NCBI GenBank assembly: GCA_964592065.1 | Contig: CAZQDF010000001.1 | Location: forward strand, 1-29,801 | Direction: 5' to 3' | Length of the DNA: 29,801 nucleotides | Source of the DNA: an uncultured Dehalococcoidales bacterium | Lineage (GTDB): Bacteria > Chloroflexota > Dehalococcoidia > GIF9 > AB-539-J10 | Shown here: positions 1 to 8,434 of the stretch, one piece after another | Position numbering within the stretch: position 1 is the stretch's first letter | Layout of the letters: the number at the start of each line of letters is the position of its first letter | The notes under the pieces: model-generated | What the model was told of the DNA's origin: nothing | Seen by the model: only the letters and a program-made list of their open reading frames with translations | Database searches by the model: none | Position numbers and translations under genes: made by a program

Positions 1-2
1 GA

Positions 3-692
3 TGGCAAGTATTTTGCATTAGCACCAGTTATGAACAGTACGCTTTATCTATAACACAAAGGCTGAGCATACCCAGTGAAAATATAGCTTGCACCTCTTT
101 CCCCCTAGATTTAATTTGTCAGTTGCTAAGTGAAAACGATTTCGCCTTGCTAAAGCAAGCAGAAGAAGAATTTGCAACCCTAAGTGATGATGCCAGGATA
201 AAACAAACCCTGGACCGCTTTTATTGGCAAGAATTGCTCAAGACAAGCTCGGGAAGAATCATGACACAAGTGAAGCCTGTAGGCGGGAAACGGAAAGTGG
301 AGGCATTGGAATATTTCGCCACCAGAGTAGGGAAGCCGCTTTCCCAATGGGTAGCAGTGGGAGATAGCATCACGGATTTTAAAATGCTCCAAGCGGTGAA
401 TAGAGTCGGCGGTTTAGCCGTTGCTTTCAATGCTAATGAGTATGCTCTGCCTTACTCCACCATGGGCTTGGCATCTACAGAGTTATACGATTTATGGACA
501 GCTTTAGAAGTTTGGGAAAGGGGTGGGCGGGAGGCAACGGAGAAAGTAATTAAGAGTAGGGAGAAAACTGGTGGCAGTGGTGATAGAGGCTACTTCCATT
601 GGCTAGCTGGAATTCAAGACATAACTCGCCCACTGGAGAGCCATAAAAGGATAAGGCGCTTGGTCAGAGAAGAAGCAGCCAAATTGGGCTAA
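3..692 (+). CDS. HAD-superfamily phosphohydrolase, EhaR/COG4030-like; 5' end lies outside the window
   Basis: The frame of ORF 123..692 is open back to nt 3 (WQVFCISTSYEQYALSI...). Motifs ISTSYEQY, VAVGDSITD (HAD motif IV) and GGLAVAFNANEYAL resemble the archaeal EhaR-like HAD family. Confidence 0.6.
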   Translation, partial: WQVFCISTSYEQYALSITQRLSIPSENIACTSFPLDLICQLLSENDFALLKQAEEEFATLSDDARIKQTLDRFYWQELLKTSSGRIMTQVKPVGGKRKVEALEYFATRVGKPLSQWVAVGDSITDFKMLQAVNRVGGLAVAFNANEYALPYSTMGLASTELYDLWTALEVWERGGREATEKVIKSREKTGGSGDRGYFHWLAGIQDITRPLESHKRIRRLVREEAAKLG

Positions 693-702
693 TGTATATT
701 CT

Positions 703-867
703 CTAATCTCGCCTCTTAGTGCCGTTAATCAGCCACACCACTGTGGCAATAAGGATTACAGAAATGATGACAACAGTAATCAAGCCTGCTTTGCTTAAGC
801 CCAAAAAGTTTGACGGGCTAGCTGTGTTCAGTGTCAGGACTTGGCTAGTAGCTAACAAGGAGTTCAC
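703..867 (-). CDS. 54-aa single-pass membrane protein, not in the ORF track
   Basis: GTG start overlaps the clpP TGA (GTGA, 864-867). Translation [54 protein letters not shown] has a ~20-aa hydrophobic segment followed by KRR. Confidence 0.55.
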   Translation of the reverse strand: MNSLLATSQVLTLNTASPSNFLGLSKAGLITVVIISVILIATVVWLINGTKRRD

Positions 868-1469
868 TTCTTTTCTGACTTGGAGAGTATTTCGTCTATA
901 ATTCCATATTCCACTGCTTGCTGGGGGTCGAGATAAAAATCTCTGTCGGTATCATGGGCAATCTTCTCCATTGTCTGACCTGTGTGCTTAGCAATGATAT
1001 TGCGGATTGTTTCCTGCAGCCTCATGATTTCCCGAGCAGCAATTTCAATATCGGCTGCTTGACCTTGAGCACCTCCAACTGCTTGGTGGAGATGTATGGT
1101 GGAGTTGGGTAGAGCGTACCTCTTACCTTTAGCTCCAGCGCAAAGAAGCAAAGTGCCCATACTAGCTGCCAAACCAACGCAGATGGTGGATACACCGCAG
1201 CGAAGAAGCTGCATAGTATCATAGATAGCCAAGCCAGCACTGATAACGCCGCCAGGACAATGAATATAAAGACTTATATCCTTTTCAGGGTCTTCCCTCT
1301 CCAGATAGAGGAGTTGTGCGATAATGAGATTGGCTATCTGGTCATTTATAGGGGTGCCTAAAAAAACGATCCTTTCCTTCAGTAGAAGGGAATATATGTC
1401 AAAGACACGCTCGCCACGGGCACCGGTCTCAGTTACCGTGGGAATTATTACTTGAGATTTTACTTCCAT
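864..1469 (-). CDS. clpP: ATP-dependent Clp protease proteolytic subunit
   Basis: [29 protein letters not shown] (catalytic Ser), IHLHQ (His), DRDFYL. The ATG at 1469 has SD AGGAGAG; the ORF track starts at 1499. Confidence 0.97.
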   Translation of the reverse strand: MEVKSQVIIPTVTETGARGERVFDIYSLLLKERIVFLGTPINDQIANLIIAQLLYLEREDPEKDISLYIHCPGGVISAGLAIYDTMQLLRCGVSTICVGLAASMGTLLLCAGAKGKRYALPNSTIHLHQAVGGAQGQAADIEIAAREIMRLQETIRNIIAKHTGQTMEKIAHDTDRDFYLDPQQAVEYGIIDEILSKSEKK

Positions 1470-1485
1470 TTGGCTCTCCTTCGCT

Positions 1486-2760
1486 TTATTCCTCTTCATA
1501 GCCGCTGGCTATTTGTACTAATTGGGCTATTGTCTTCTCAGTGCGTAAAGATTGTTCGATTGATTCTCTAACTTGGGGCAAGGCAAAGAATTGTTGTATC
1601 CTCTCTTTATCCTTGGCATCCTTCATAATTTCCTCTACTCTATTATCTACTTCCGACGAATCAATTTCAACCTTTTCTTCCTCAGCTATCTTATCTAGAA
1701 CGAGAGCGTGAATAATTCGCTTTTTGGCCATAGGACGCAGTTTCTCCCTATGTTCCTCCTTTGTCTTGTTAGTTCTGTTGAGATAGTCTTGTACCTCCCT
1801 GAAACCAAAGCGTTGTGACTCATCTTCAAGAAGCCTATCAATTTCCCTATCTTCCAAAATAGGAGGGTAGTCTACCTCGCTGAGTTCAATAGCAGCATCG
1901 AGAACTTTTTGCCTTAGCTTCTGGCGACTCCTCGCCTCAGCTTCAACCTTCAAATCGGCAACCACCTTTTCCTTCATAGCAGCAAGGTTATCATAGCCAA
2001 TGCTCTGAGCAAATTCATCATCAAGCTGTGGCAAGTCCTTCTCCTTTATTTCAGCAACAGTAACCTTGAAAACGCATTCCTTACCGGCAAGTTCCTTGGT
2101 TCTATAGTCGGCGGGAACATTAAGGCTGAAAGCCTTTTCCTTGTTTTTTTCGATACCTGCTAGGTTTTGGTTGAATCCAGGTAGAGGAAAGGTTGATTTT
2201 TCACTCACTTCATATACCATATCCTTATGGTTTAGAAATGGCTTACCTTCAATGGTAGCTTCGATATTCATGGTAACCACATCATCAAATTGAACAGGAC
2301 GGTCTACAGGTGATAATACTGCTTGTTCCTGTCGAATCTGTTCTATAGCTGCTTCGATTTGCTCATCACTGATTTCCACCGGCTCAGGCTCCAACTTTAT
2401 GCCATGGTAATTGCCAAGCTTAGTTGTAGGCTTGAGGGGCACGATGGCTTTGAGAACCACGGGGGCAGTTTGAGTAATTTCTATCTGTGGCTCAGCAATA
2501 GGCTTGATCTCCTGCGATTCAATTGCCTCTTTATAAAGCTGGGGTATTAGACGATCCAAGGCATCTTCCAGTAAAGCGCCTTTGCCTAGATGCTGCTCTA
2601 GAATAGCCCTTGGTGCCTTTCCTTTGCGGAAACCAGGTATAGATGCCTTATTAACTAAGCGATGATAAGCTTCACTTAGGGATTTATCTAACTCTTCTGC
2701 TTCAGCCTCTATAGTGAGGGCTACTTGGCAATTTTCCATCTTTTCCGTGCTTACTTTCAT
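1486..2760 (-). CDS. tig: Trigger factor
   Basis: Ribosome-binding signature [14 protein letters not shown]-like middle domain, 424 aa, directly upstream of clpP. Confidence 0.95.
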   Translation of the reverse strand: MKVSTEKMENCQVALTIEAEAEELDKSLSEAYHRLVNKASIPGFRKGKAPRAILEQHLGKGALLEDALDRLIPQLYKEAIESQEIKPIAEPQIEITQTAPVVLKAIVPLKPTTKLGNYHGIKLEPEPVEISDEQIEAAIEQIRQEQAVLSPVDRPVQFDDVVTMNIEATIEGKPFLNHKDMVYEVSEKSTFPLPGFNQNLAGIEKNKEKAFSLNVPADYRTKELAGKECVFKVTVAEIKEKDLPQLDDEFAQSIGYDNLAAMKEKVVADLKVEAEARSRQKLRQKVLDAAIELSEVDYPPILEDREIDRLLEDESQRFGFREVQDYLNRTNKTKEEHREKLRPMAKKRIIHALVLDKIAEEEKVEIDSSEVDNRVEEIMKDAKDKERIQQFFALPQVRESIEQSLRTEKTIAQLVQIASGYEEE

Positions 2761-2775
2761 ATCTCACACCCTTTA

Positions 2776-2801
2776 TCATTCTGAGCGTAGCGAAGAATCT
2801 C
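2776..2801 (+). repeat. Short palindromic (REP-like) element in the aspS-tig spacer
   Basis: TCATTCTGAGCGTAGCGAAGAATCTC has the same termini (CATTCTGAG ... CGAAGAATCTC) as the inner module at 6667-6699. Confidence 0.75.
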
Positions 2802-2829
2802 CTCTTTAGTTCCTTCCTATCATAAGGAT

Positions 2830-4644
2830 TCAAAGCTTTGGCTTACTGGGATAACCTTCGCGAAGAATCTCATGCTTCAATTTTAAATTTAGTTCATCAA
2901 GCTGGTTCCTATCAACGTATGAGGGACTGTCGAACATCAAGTCAGCAGCATTTTGGTTTTTGGGGAAGGCAATGACCTCCCTGATACTTTGCTCACCAGC
3001 GAATAGCATTAGCAATCGGTCTAGTCCTATGGCAATGCCACCATGGGGTGGTGCTCCATATTCCAGCGCTTTTAAAAGGCATCCAAAACGGCTTTCCATT
3101 TCCTCTTGGCTATAACCAAGAAGTTCAAATATTTTCTCCTGGAGCTGGCGCTTATGGATTCTGATGCTGCCGCTGCCAAGCTCGCAGCCGTTGCACACAA
3201 TATCATAATGGCGACCATGAACCTTGGCCAGTTCGGTATCAATCAACAGCATATCTTCCTCCCGCGGTGCAGTAAACGGATGATGCATTGACTCCCAGCG
3301 ACCTGCCGTCTCACTCCATTCCAACAGAGGGAAATCAACTATGAAGGTAAAAGCGAGTAGCTTAGCATCGGCTAGGCTAAGCCGGCGTGCCATCTCGCGA
3401 CGCAACTCGTCAAGCGCCCTGTTAGTCACCTCTAGTTTGTCAGCGATGAATAGTAAAAGGTCACCAGACTTTGCCTCGAATCTAGCAGCTATATTTTCCA
3501 GTTGAGCTTGAGTCAAGTATTTGGCAGCTGCTGACTTTACCTTATCTAATGCCACAGATTCTCCTGTAAAAGCTATAGTGGTTAACCCTTTAGCTCCGTT
3601 GGCTTCAGCCAGATTGATTAATCCATCAAGTTGATGGCGGCTATAATGACCACAACCAGGAACGCATATTCCCTTCACTTTGCCACCCTTCTCAATAACA
3701 GAACGGAAAACATCAAAGTTAGTTTGAGCAGCGATATCAGATATATCTTTGAGTTCCAAGCTGAATCTCATATCTGGTTTATCTGTGCCATAGCGCTCTG
3801 TTGCTTCCTTGTAGGAGAGGCGTGGGAAAGGCTTTAATACTCGCATTTCTGGTTTAATAATCTCTACAAGCGAGGTGAAAAGCTCCTCCATAAGTTGTAA
3901 TATGTCCTCTTCTTCTACAAAGCTCATCTCCAGGTCAAGCTGAGTAAATTCAGGTTGGCGATCCGCTCGAAGGTCTTCATCTCTAAAGCAGCGAGCTATC
4001 TGGAAATATTTTTCAAAACCAGCTACCATGAGGATTTGTTTGAGTTGTTGTGGAGATTGAGGGAGAGCATAAAACTTGCCTGGGTTGAGGCGGCTAGGTA
4101 CAAGGTAATCGCGAGCTCCTTCTGGAGTGCTCTTAATCAAAATAGGCGTCTCGATTTCGATAAAGCTTTTGGCATCGAGGAAGGCACGGATAAACTTTAT
4201 CGCCCTGTGGCGTAAGATGATATTATCTCGTACTCTAGGTCTTCTCAGGTACAGATAGCGACTTTTGAGGCAAAGTGATTCTTCAACTTCCACATCCTCA
4301 TTTATGTAAAATGGCGGAGTTTCTGAAGGATTAAGGATGACAGCTTTTTTAACTATGACTTCAATATCTCCGGTAGCCAATTTGGAGTTCTCTGTGCCTT
4401 TAGGACGGGGAACAATTTCTCCAGTAATCTGAATTACATACTCATTGCGGAGTGAACCAGCTATCTGGTAGGTATCTTGGGATATCTGCGGGTTGAAAAC
4501 TATTTGGACTACGCCTTCTGTATCTCGTAGGTCAATAAATACCATGCCGCCGTGGTCACGGCGTCGGTGCACCCAACCAGCTAAAGTTGCCTTCTGGCTA
4601 ACATGTTCTTTTCTCAGTTCACCACAACTATGGGTTTTGAGCAA
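2830..4644 (-). CDS. aspS: Aspartate--tRNA ligase, probably non-discriminating (Asp/Asn)
   Basis: GWVHRRRDHGG, GARDYLVPSR, ALPQSPQ, FRDEDLRADRQPEFTQLD, PPHGGIAIGLDR. His in RDHGG and Gly in RPKGTEN are the recognised ND-type determinants. Confidence 0.96.
   Translation of the reverse strand: MLKTHSCGELRKEHVSQKATLAGWVHRRRDHGGMVFIDLRDTEGVVQIVFNPQISQDTYQIAGSLRNEYVIQITGEIVPRPKGTENSKLATGDIEVIVKKAVILNPSETPPFYINEDVEVEESLCLKSRYLYLRRPRVRDNIILRHRAIKFIRAFLDAKSFIEIETPILIKSTPEGARDYLVPSRLNPGKFYALPQSPQQLKQILMVAGFEKYFQIARCFRDEDLRADRQPEFTQLDLEMSFVEEEDILQLMEELFTSLVEIIKPEMRVLKPFPRLSYKEATERYGTDKPDMRFSLELKDISDIAAQTNFDVFRSVIEKGGKVKGICVPGCGHYSRHQLDGLINLAEANGAKGLTTIAFTGESVALDKVKSAAAKYLTQAQLENIAARFEAKSGDLLLFIADKLEVTNRALDELRREMARRLSLADAKLLAFTFIVDFPLLEWSETAGRWESMHHPFTAPREEDMLLIDTELAKVHGRHYDIVCNGCELGSGSIRIHKRQLQEKIFELLGYSQEEMESRFGCLLKALEYGAPPHGGIAIGLDRLLMLFAGEQSIREVIAFPKNQNAADLMFDSPSYVDRNQLDELNLKLKHEILREGYPSKPKL
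2846..2871 (+). repeat. Repeat right-end fragment inside the aspS 3' end
   Basis: CTGGGATAACCTTCGCGAAGAATCTC resembles 6701-6726 CTCAGGGTAAACTCCGCGAAGCAATC. On the minus strand it encodes EILREGYP of the AspS tail. Confidence 0.55.
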
Positions 4645-4673
4645 AAATGGTCTCCCGCTTCGCGTATGTGCTG

Positions 4674-4702
4674 ATTATAGCTTATGGGAAGCTTTCCCTC
4701 AA
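4674..4702 (-). promoter_or_regulatory. sigma70-type promoter for aspS-tig-clpP
   Basis: Minus strand TTGAGG-N17-TATAAT, 29 nt upstream of the aspS TTG start. Confidence 0.6.
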
Positions 4703-4823
4703 TTGCTAACAGTGGGTTTCTTCCTTGGCAACTTAGTTTACTAACAGATATTTCCTAAGAGTCTCCTTTAGTAAAACTAGAGGATGGCTCAGCCTGGCAA
4801 TACTTAAAGAAGAAGCTTTTCAA

Positions 4824-5339
4824 TTACTTCTCCAGCATTATTGAAGCGACAATTCGGGCTGCTTTTTCAGGCGGAACACGACATTTCTTCGCCCCGTCAT
4901 CTTCAAGAAACTTCTGCATCTCCTTTGGATCCATGGTGTTATACTCTCTACCCATTATTTTAGGGCGTATATCACCACACATGGTGCTACCAAATTCCTC
5001 TTTAAAAGTCTCACAAAATCTCCATACTTTTTCCTTGAGTTTAAACGCCTCTTCCTTTGCTTCGGGAGTGTTGCTTCCGGGATCGTAAGGTTTATTTCTC
5101 CCATAGGCTAGCCCTAATGCCATGAGACCCCCAATAATTGCTCCACACGTCTCTTTTCTGCTCACAAGTCCAGGCATGAATGTTGCAGCTTTTAATATAT
5201 CATCTCCCCCGCCCAGGTTAAATTCTTCTTGCAGGGCAGCCAGTGTACCTTGAGCACAATTGACAAGAAGCTCTTCTTGGTCTCCCCCTTTCTTTGACAC
5301 TCGGTCAAGAATTTCTTCCTTTGAGCCTTTATTTAGCAT
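4824..5339 (-). CDS. C_GCAxxG_C_C family putative redox protein
   Basis: NCAQGTL...TCGAIIGG...TMCGDI...KKC pattern. The ATG at 5339 has SD GAGGAG; the ORF track starts at 5366. Confidence 0.85.
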   Translation of the reverse strand: MLNKGSKEEILDRVSKKGGDQEELLVNCAQGTLAALQEEFNLGGGDDILKAATFMPGLVSRKETCGAIIGGLMALGLAYGRNKPYDPGSNTPEAKEEAFKLKEKVWRFCETFKEEFGSTMCGDIRPKIMGREYNTMDPKEMQKFLEDDGAKKCRVPPEKAARIVASIMLEK

Positions 5340-5383
5340 CTTGGTTACTCCTCTTTTTCTCCTCATTATTTTTGTGATTTATT

Positions 5384-5407
5384 GAGATTGCTCTATCTGT
5401 AATGACA
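5384..5407 (-). repeat. Collapsed repeat remnant directly after the aroB stop codon
   Basis: Minus strand TGTCATTACAGATAGAGCAATCTC keeps both termini (TGTCATT, GCAATCTC) of the element at 6526-6581. Confidence 0.5.
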
Positions 5408-7255
5408 TCATGGCTGCAGCAGTTCCTGAAGAACAGCTAGTACATCTTGCCGAGGCACGCTGCTGTGAATCACCGCCTTGCCCATATCTTCTAAAAGCAC
5501 CCAACGGATTGCGCCTCCTCTTACCTTTTTATCCAGTTCCATAGCTCTCTCCACATCGGTTAAGTCTATTTTGGAGAAGCTTACAGGTAAATCAAATCTT
5601 TGTAATAGGGATTGTTGCTGTTTAACTCTGGCTGGAGATAAAAGACCTAACCTCTGACTAAGCTTACCTGCCCCCACCATGCCAATAGCTACTGCTTCAC
5701 CATGAAGGAATTGCCTATATTGAGTGGCTGCTTCCAATCCATGGGCAATAGTATGCCCATAGTTCAAAATAATACGTTTCCCCTTCTCCCTCTCATCTTC
5801 ACTAACAACCTGAGCCTTGAAAGCAGCGCTGCGAGCAATAGCCTGAGTGAGCATATCCGGCTCTAATTCCATTAGCTTAGCAGCGTTGATTTTCAAAAAC
5901 TTAAAGAACCCTTCATCTAGTATGAGACCATACTTAATCACTTCAGCCCATCCTGAGGTCAGCTCCCGCTGAGACAAAGTGGTAAGAGTCTGACAGTCAA
6001 CCAAGACAAAGTTAGGCTGATAGAAGGCGCCGATAAGATTTTTCCCCTGAGGGTGGTTAACGCCTACCTTGCCTCCAATGCTGGCATCAACCATAGCTAC
6101 CAAGCTGGTTGGTAGTTGTATCCAGGGCATGCCTCGCAAGAAAGTGGCAGCTACAAAGCCAGCTAAATCACCCACCATGCCACCACCCAAAGCGATGAGG
6201 ATGTCATCTCGCTCCGCTCGGTGTTCTACGAGAAAGTCATAGATTCTGTTAGCGAAGTCAATGTTTTTCGTTGTCTCGCCCGGCGGCACAACAAAGGAGT
6301 TCACTACGAAGCCGGCATGTTCCACTATTTCTCTAACCTTGCGGCCGTAGAGGGAAAATACAATTTCATCGCTAATTACATTGACCGTACCACATAAGCC
6401 CCTCTCTTTTATCTTTTCCCCTAGCTTGTCCAGTAGCCCCCAGCCCACAAAAATAGGATAACTTTGAGTGGTAGTTTTCACCTCGCAGGCAATGTCCTTA
6501 TCAGTATCATTGCAACCCTTCCCTTTGTCATTGCGGTGAGCCGAAGTCCTGAGTGTAGCGAAGGGGGAGCGTGGCAATCTCGGCGTTAAGTATTCCTGCG
6601 ATTGCTTCGGCATTTCATGTCTTGCGATGGCGCCCGAATTGTCATTGCGAGCCCTTCGCCTCTTGCCATTCTGAGGGAGAGAAGCGACCGAAGAATCTCG
6701 CTCAGGGTAAACTCCGCGAAGCAATCCCCAAGCTCTTGCTACCTCCTCAGCTACCTCACTAATGCTTAAGTCATCGGTGTGAACCGTCCAGTCAACATTG
6801 GCATAGTAAGGCTGCCTAGAGGCTTTAAGTTGCTTGATGTGCTCTAGGGGATTGTCCTGAGCTAGAAGAGGGCGAATTTCTGTTTCCGAGCCGTAAGCAG
6901 CATCCTGAAATAAGCGTTGATAGATTGTTTCTGGCTTGGCTTCAAGACAAATGATTAAACCACTTTGGGCAAGCAGTTCATAGTTTTGATTATCAACAAT
7001 AGCACCGCCTCCGATAGCTATGACCGTTTGTTTTTGCTGGCAAGCTTTCTTAATCATGTGCCGCTCCAGCTCCCTGAATTTTGCCTCCCCCTCCTGCTGA
7101 AAAATTTCACTAATTGGCTTGCCAGCTTGTTTAACTATCTCTTCGTCAGTATCAATGAAATCCCAGTTTAACCTCCGGGCTACCTCTCTGCCTACAAAAG
7201 ATTTGCCAGTAGCAGAAAAACCTGCCAGGATGATATTAGCTATTCGTTTGCTCAT
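5408..7255 (-). CDS. aroKB: Fused shikimate kinase / 3-dehydroquinate synthase (AroK-AroB) with a repeat-derived linker
   Basis: N-terminal GFSATGKS P-loop, DTD, GGG and RPLL. C-terminal GGGMVGDLAGF, PTSLVAMVDASIGGK, LNYGHT and HGEAVAIG. Confidence 0.93.
   Translation of the reverse strand: MSKRIANIILAGFSATGKSFVGREVARRLNWDFIDTDEEIVKQAGKPISEIFQQEGEAKFRELERHMIKKACQQKQTVIAIGGGAIVDNQNYELLAQSGLIICLEAKPETIYQRLFQDAAYGSETEIRPLLAQDNPLEHIKQLKASRQPYYANVDWTVHTDDLSISEVAEEVARAWGLLRGVYPERDSSVASLPQNGKRRRARNDNSGAIARHEMPKQSQEYLTPRLPRSPFATLRTSAHRNDKGKGCNDTDKDIACEVKTTTQSYPIFVGWGLLDKLGEKIKERGLCGTVNVISDEIVFSLYGRKVREIVEHAGFVVNSFVVPPGETTKNIDFANRIYDFLVEHRAERDDILIALGGGMVGDLAGFVAATFLRGMPWIQLPTSLVAMVDASIGGKVGVNHPQGKNLIGAFYQPNFVLVDCQTLTTLSQRELTSGWAEVIKYGLILDEGFFKFLKINAAKLMELEPDMLTQAIARSAAFKAQVVSEDEREKGKRIILNYGHTIAHGLEAATQYRQFLHGEAVAIGMVGAGKLSQRLGLLSPARVKQQQSLLQRFDLPVSFSKIDLTDVERAMELDKKVRGGAIRWVLLEDMGKAVIHSSVPRQDVLAVLQELLQP
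6526..6726. repeat. Composite of three nested palindromic elements (+,-,+) in frame in the aroK-aroB linker
   Basis: 6526-6581 TGTCATTGCG...GTGGCAATCTC with inner CCTGAGTGTAGCGAAGG; 6600-6632 minus CGCCATCGCAAGACATGAAATGCCGAAGCAATC; 6640-6726 TGTCATTGCGAG...CGAAGCAATC with inner CATTCTGAG...CGAAGAATCTC. Confidence 0.85.
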
Positions 7256-7276
7256 TGTTCATAAATACCCTCGGTC

Positions 7277-7305
7277 AGTATATTGGAAAAGCCAGACTGG
7301 AGCAA
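7277..7305 (-). promoter_or_regulatory. sigma70-type promoter for aroKB
   Basis: Minus strand TTGCTC-N17-TATACT, 21 nt upstream of the aroKB ATG. Confidence 0.5.
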
Positions 7306-7437
7306 GAGTCGCCAGCTCTAGCCTTGCTTTAAGTGAAAGCCTTTCCAAGACCTACTAAGAATACCTTCAAAAAGAGTATAATAAATCCATCAAAAGGATT
7401 GGATAAGGTAGACTCAAGGCAGGAGGTAAGCTGAGAG

Positions 7438-8187
7438 ATGAAACGATGTTCTGTATTAGCTGCCATCCTTTGCATTCTGGCATTGCTCCTAGTCAGTTGT
7501 ACTGGAGCACCACCATATTCCCCACCCGAGGTAATAAGTGCTCCTAGCACACCCAATGGACCTTCCACTGGAAGTATCACTCAGGTCTCGGCTTACATTA
7601 CAGGAGGGGCAACCTCAAGTTTAAGACATAGCGTTCAGTATCGCTTCAATTGGGGAGACGGAAGCTATTCCGACTGGTCATCGTCAACCAGCGCCTCTCA
7701 TTCTTGGTCGTCCCCTGGCAAGTACATGGTTGAAGCTCAGGCTAGGTCTTCTGTTAACTCCGGCATCCTTTAGAGTTGGTCTAGCAGCAAAAGCGTGACT
7801 ATCAATCCACCCAAGACAATAATCATAAAGTATTCGGTAACCATAACAAATGAAAGAGAGTCATGGCTAGGATGGACTATGAAGGCTGATCCAGGTTATA
7901 CCTACTTAGTGGTGAGTTTAGATATTGAAAACGATGGTTATGATTCATTTACCACGAATCCGCTTCGCTTTTGTGCGATAGTAAACAAAGTGAAATATGA
8001 CGCAGGCTTCTATTATCCACAGAAAGACGAGCTAAAAATGGTGGATTTACTGGACGGGGGGAAAATATCTGGGAAAATAGCACTTGAGATACCTGAAGAT
8101 GTGCTCAGTGCTGGCTACCAACTTGGATACAGGCTGGGGACTTGGGAGCCTTACAATATAAAATGGGTCGAAAATAATCTTAGCTGA
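7438..8187 (+). pseudogene. Lipoprotein (lipobox, PKD-like domain, DUF4352-like domain) interrupted by one in-frame TAG at 7771-7773
   Basis: ORFs 7438..7773 and 7795..8187 share a frame. Read-through gives ...VNSGIL*SWSSSKSVTINPPK, the usual end of a PKD-like strand. Lipobox LLLVS-C, PKD motif YRFNWGDG, DUF4352-like YLVVSLDIEN...GGKISGKIALEIP. SD GGAGGT upstream. Confidence 0.7.
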
Positions 8188-8209
8188 CCTAGGCTAGAGG
8201 AGGCTAGAT

Positions 8210-8392
8210 ATGCATCAAGCTGAGAACAAAGATATTTGGTATAACTGTGAGTTCTGCACGAGAAGATTCAAATCTGGTAAGGAGAGGACTGGCCAAAAGC
8301 TTTGTCGAAACTGTATTGAGCTAAGGAGACTAATACGCACTTGGGTTAAGGACGGAGTGTGGGTTAAGGAGGCGGAAGAGCCACAGCCATAA
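8210..8392 (+). CDS. 60-aa protein with two CxxC motifs (putative zinc finger)
   Basis: Strong SD GAGGAGG; CEFC...CRNC. Confidence 0.6.
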   Translation: MHQAENKDIWYNCEFCTRRFKSGKERTGQKLCRNCIELRRLIRTWVKDGVWVKEAEEPQP

Positions 8393-8434
8393 CAAAGCGA
8401 AGGAGGTACGAACTCTGAATCAAAGAGGGTATAT

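Noticed and set aside
719-901. Plus-strand 60-aa ORF after the HAD gene
   Set aside because: Shadow of the better-supported minus-strand 703..867 ORF; it overlaps the clpP 3' end.
6526-6726. Possible CRISPR array or intein in the aroKB linker
   Set aside because: No regularly spaced direct repeats with unique spacers, and no intein splice-junction residues.
7771-7773. Genome-wide TAG recoding or pyrrolysine
   Set aside because: holA and GH38 end in TAG at their expected C-termini, and no pyl genes or obvious hairpin are in view. Kept only as a test.
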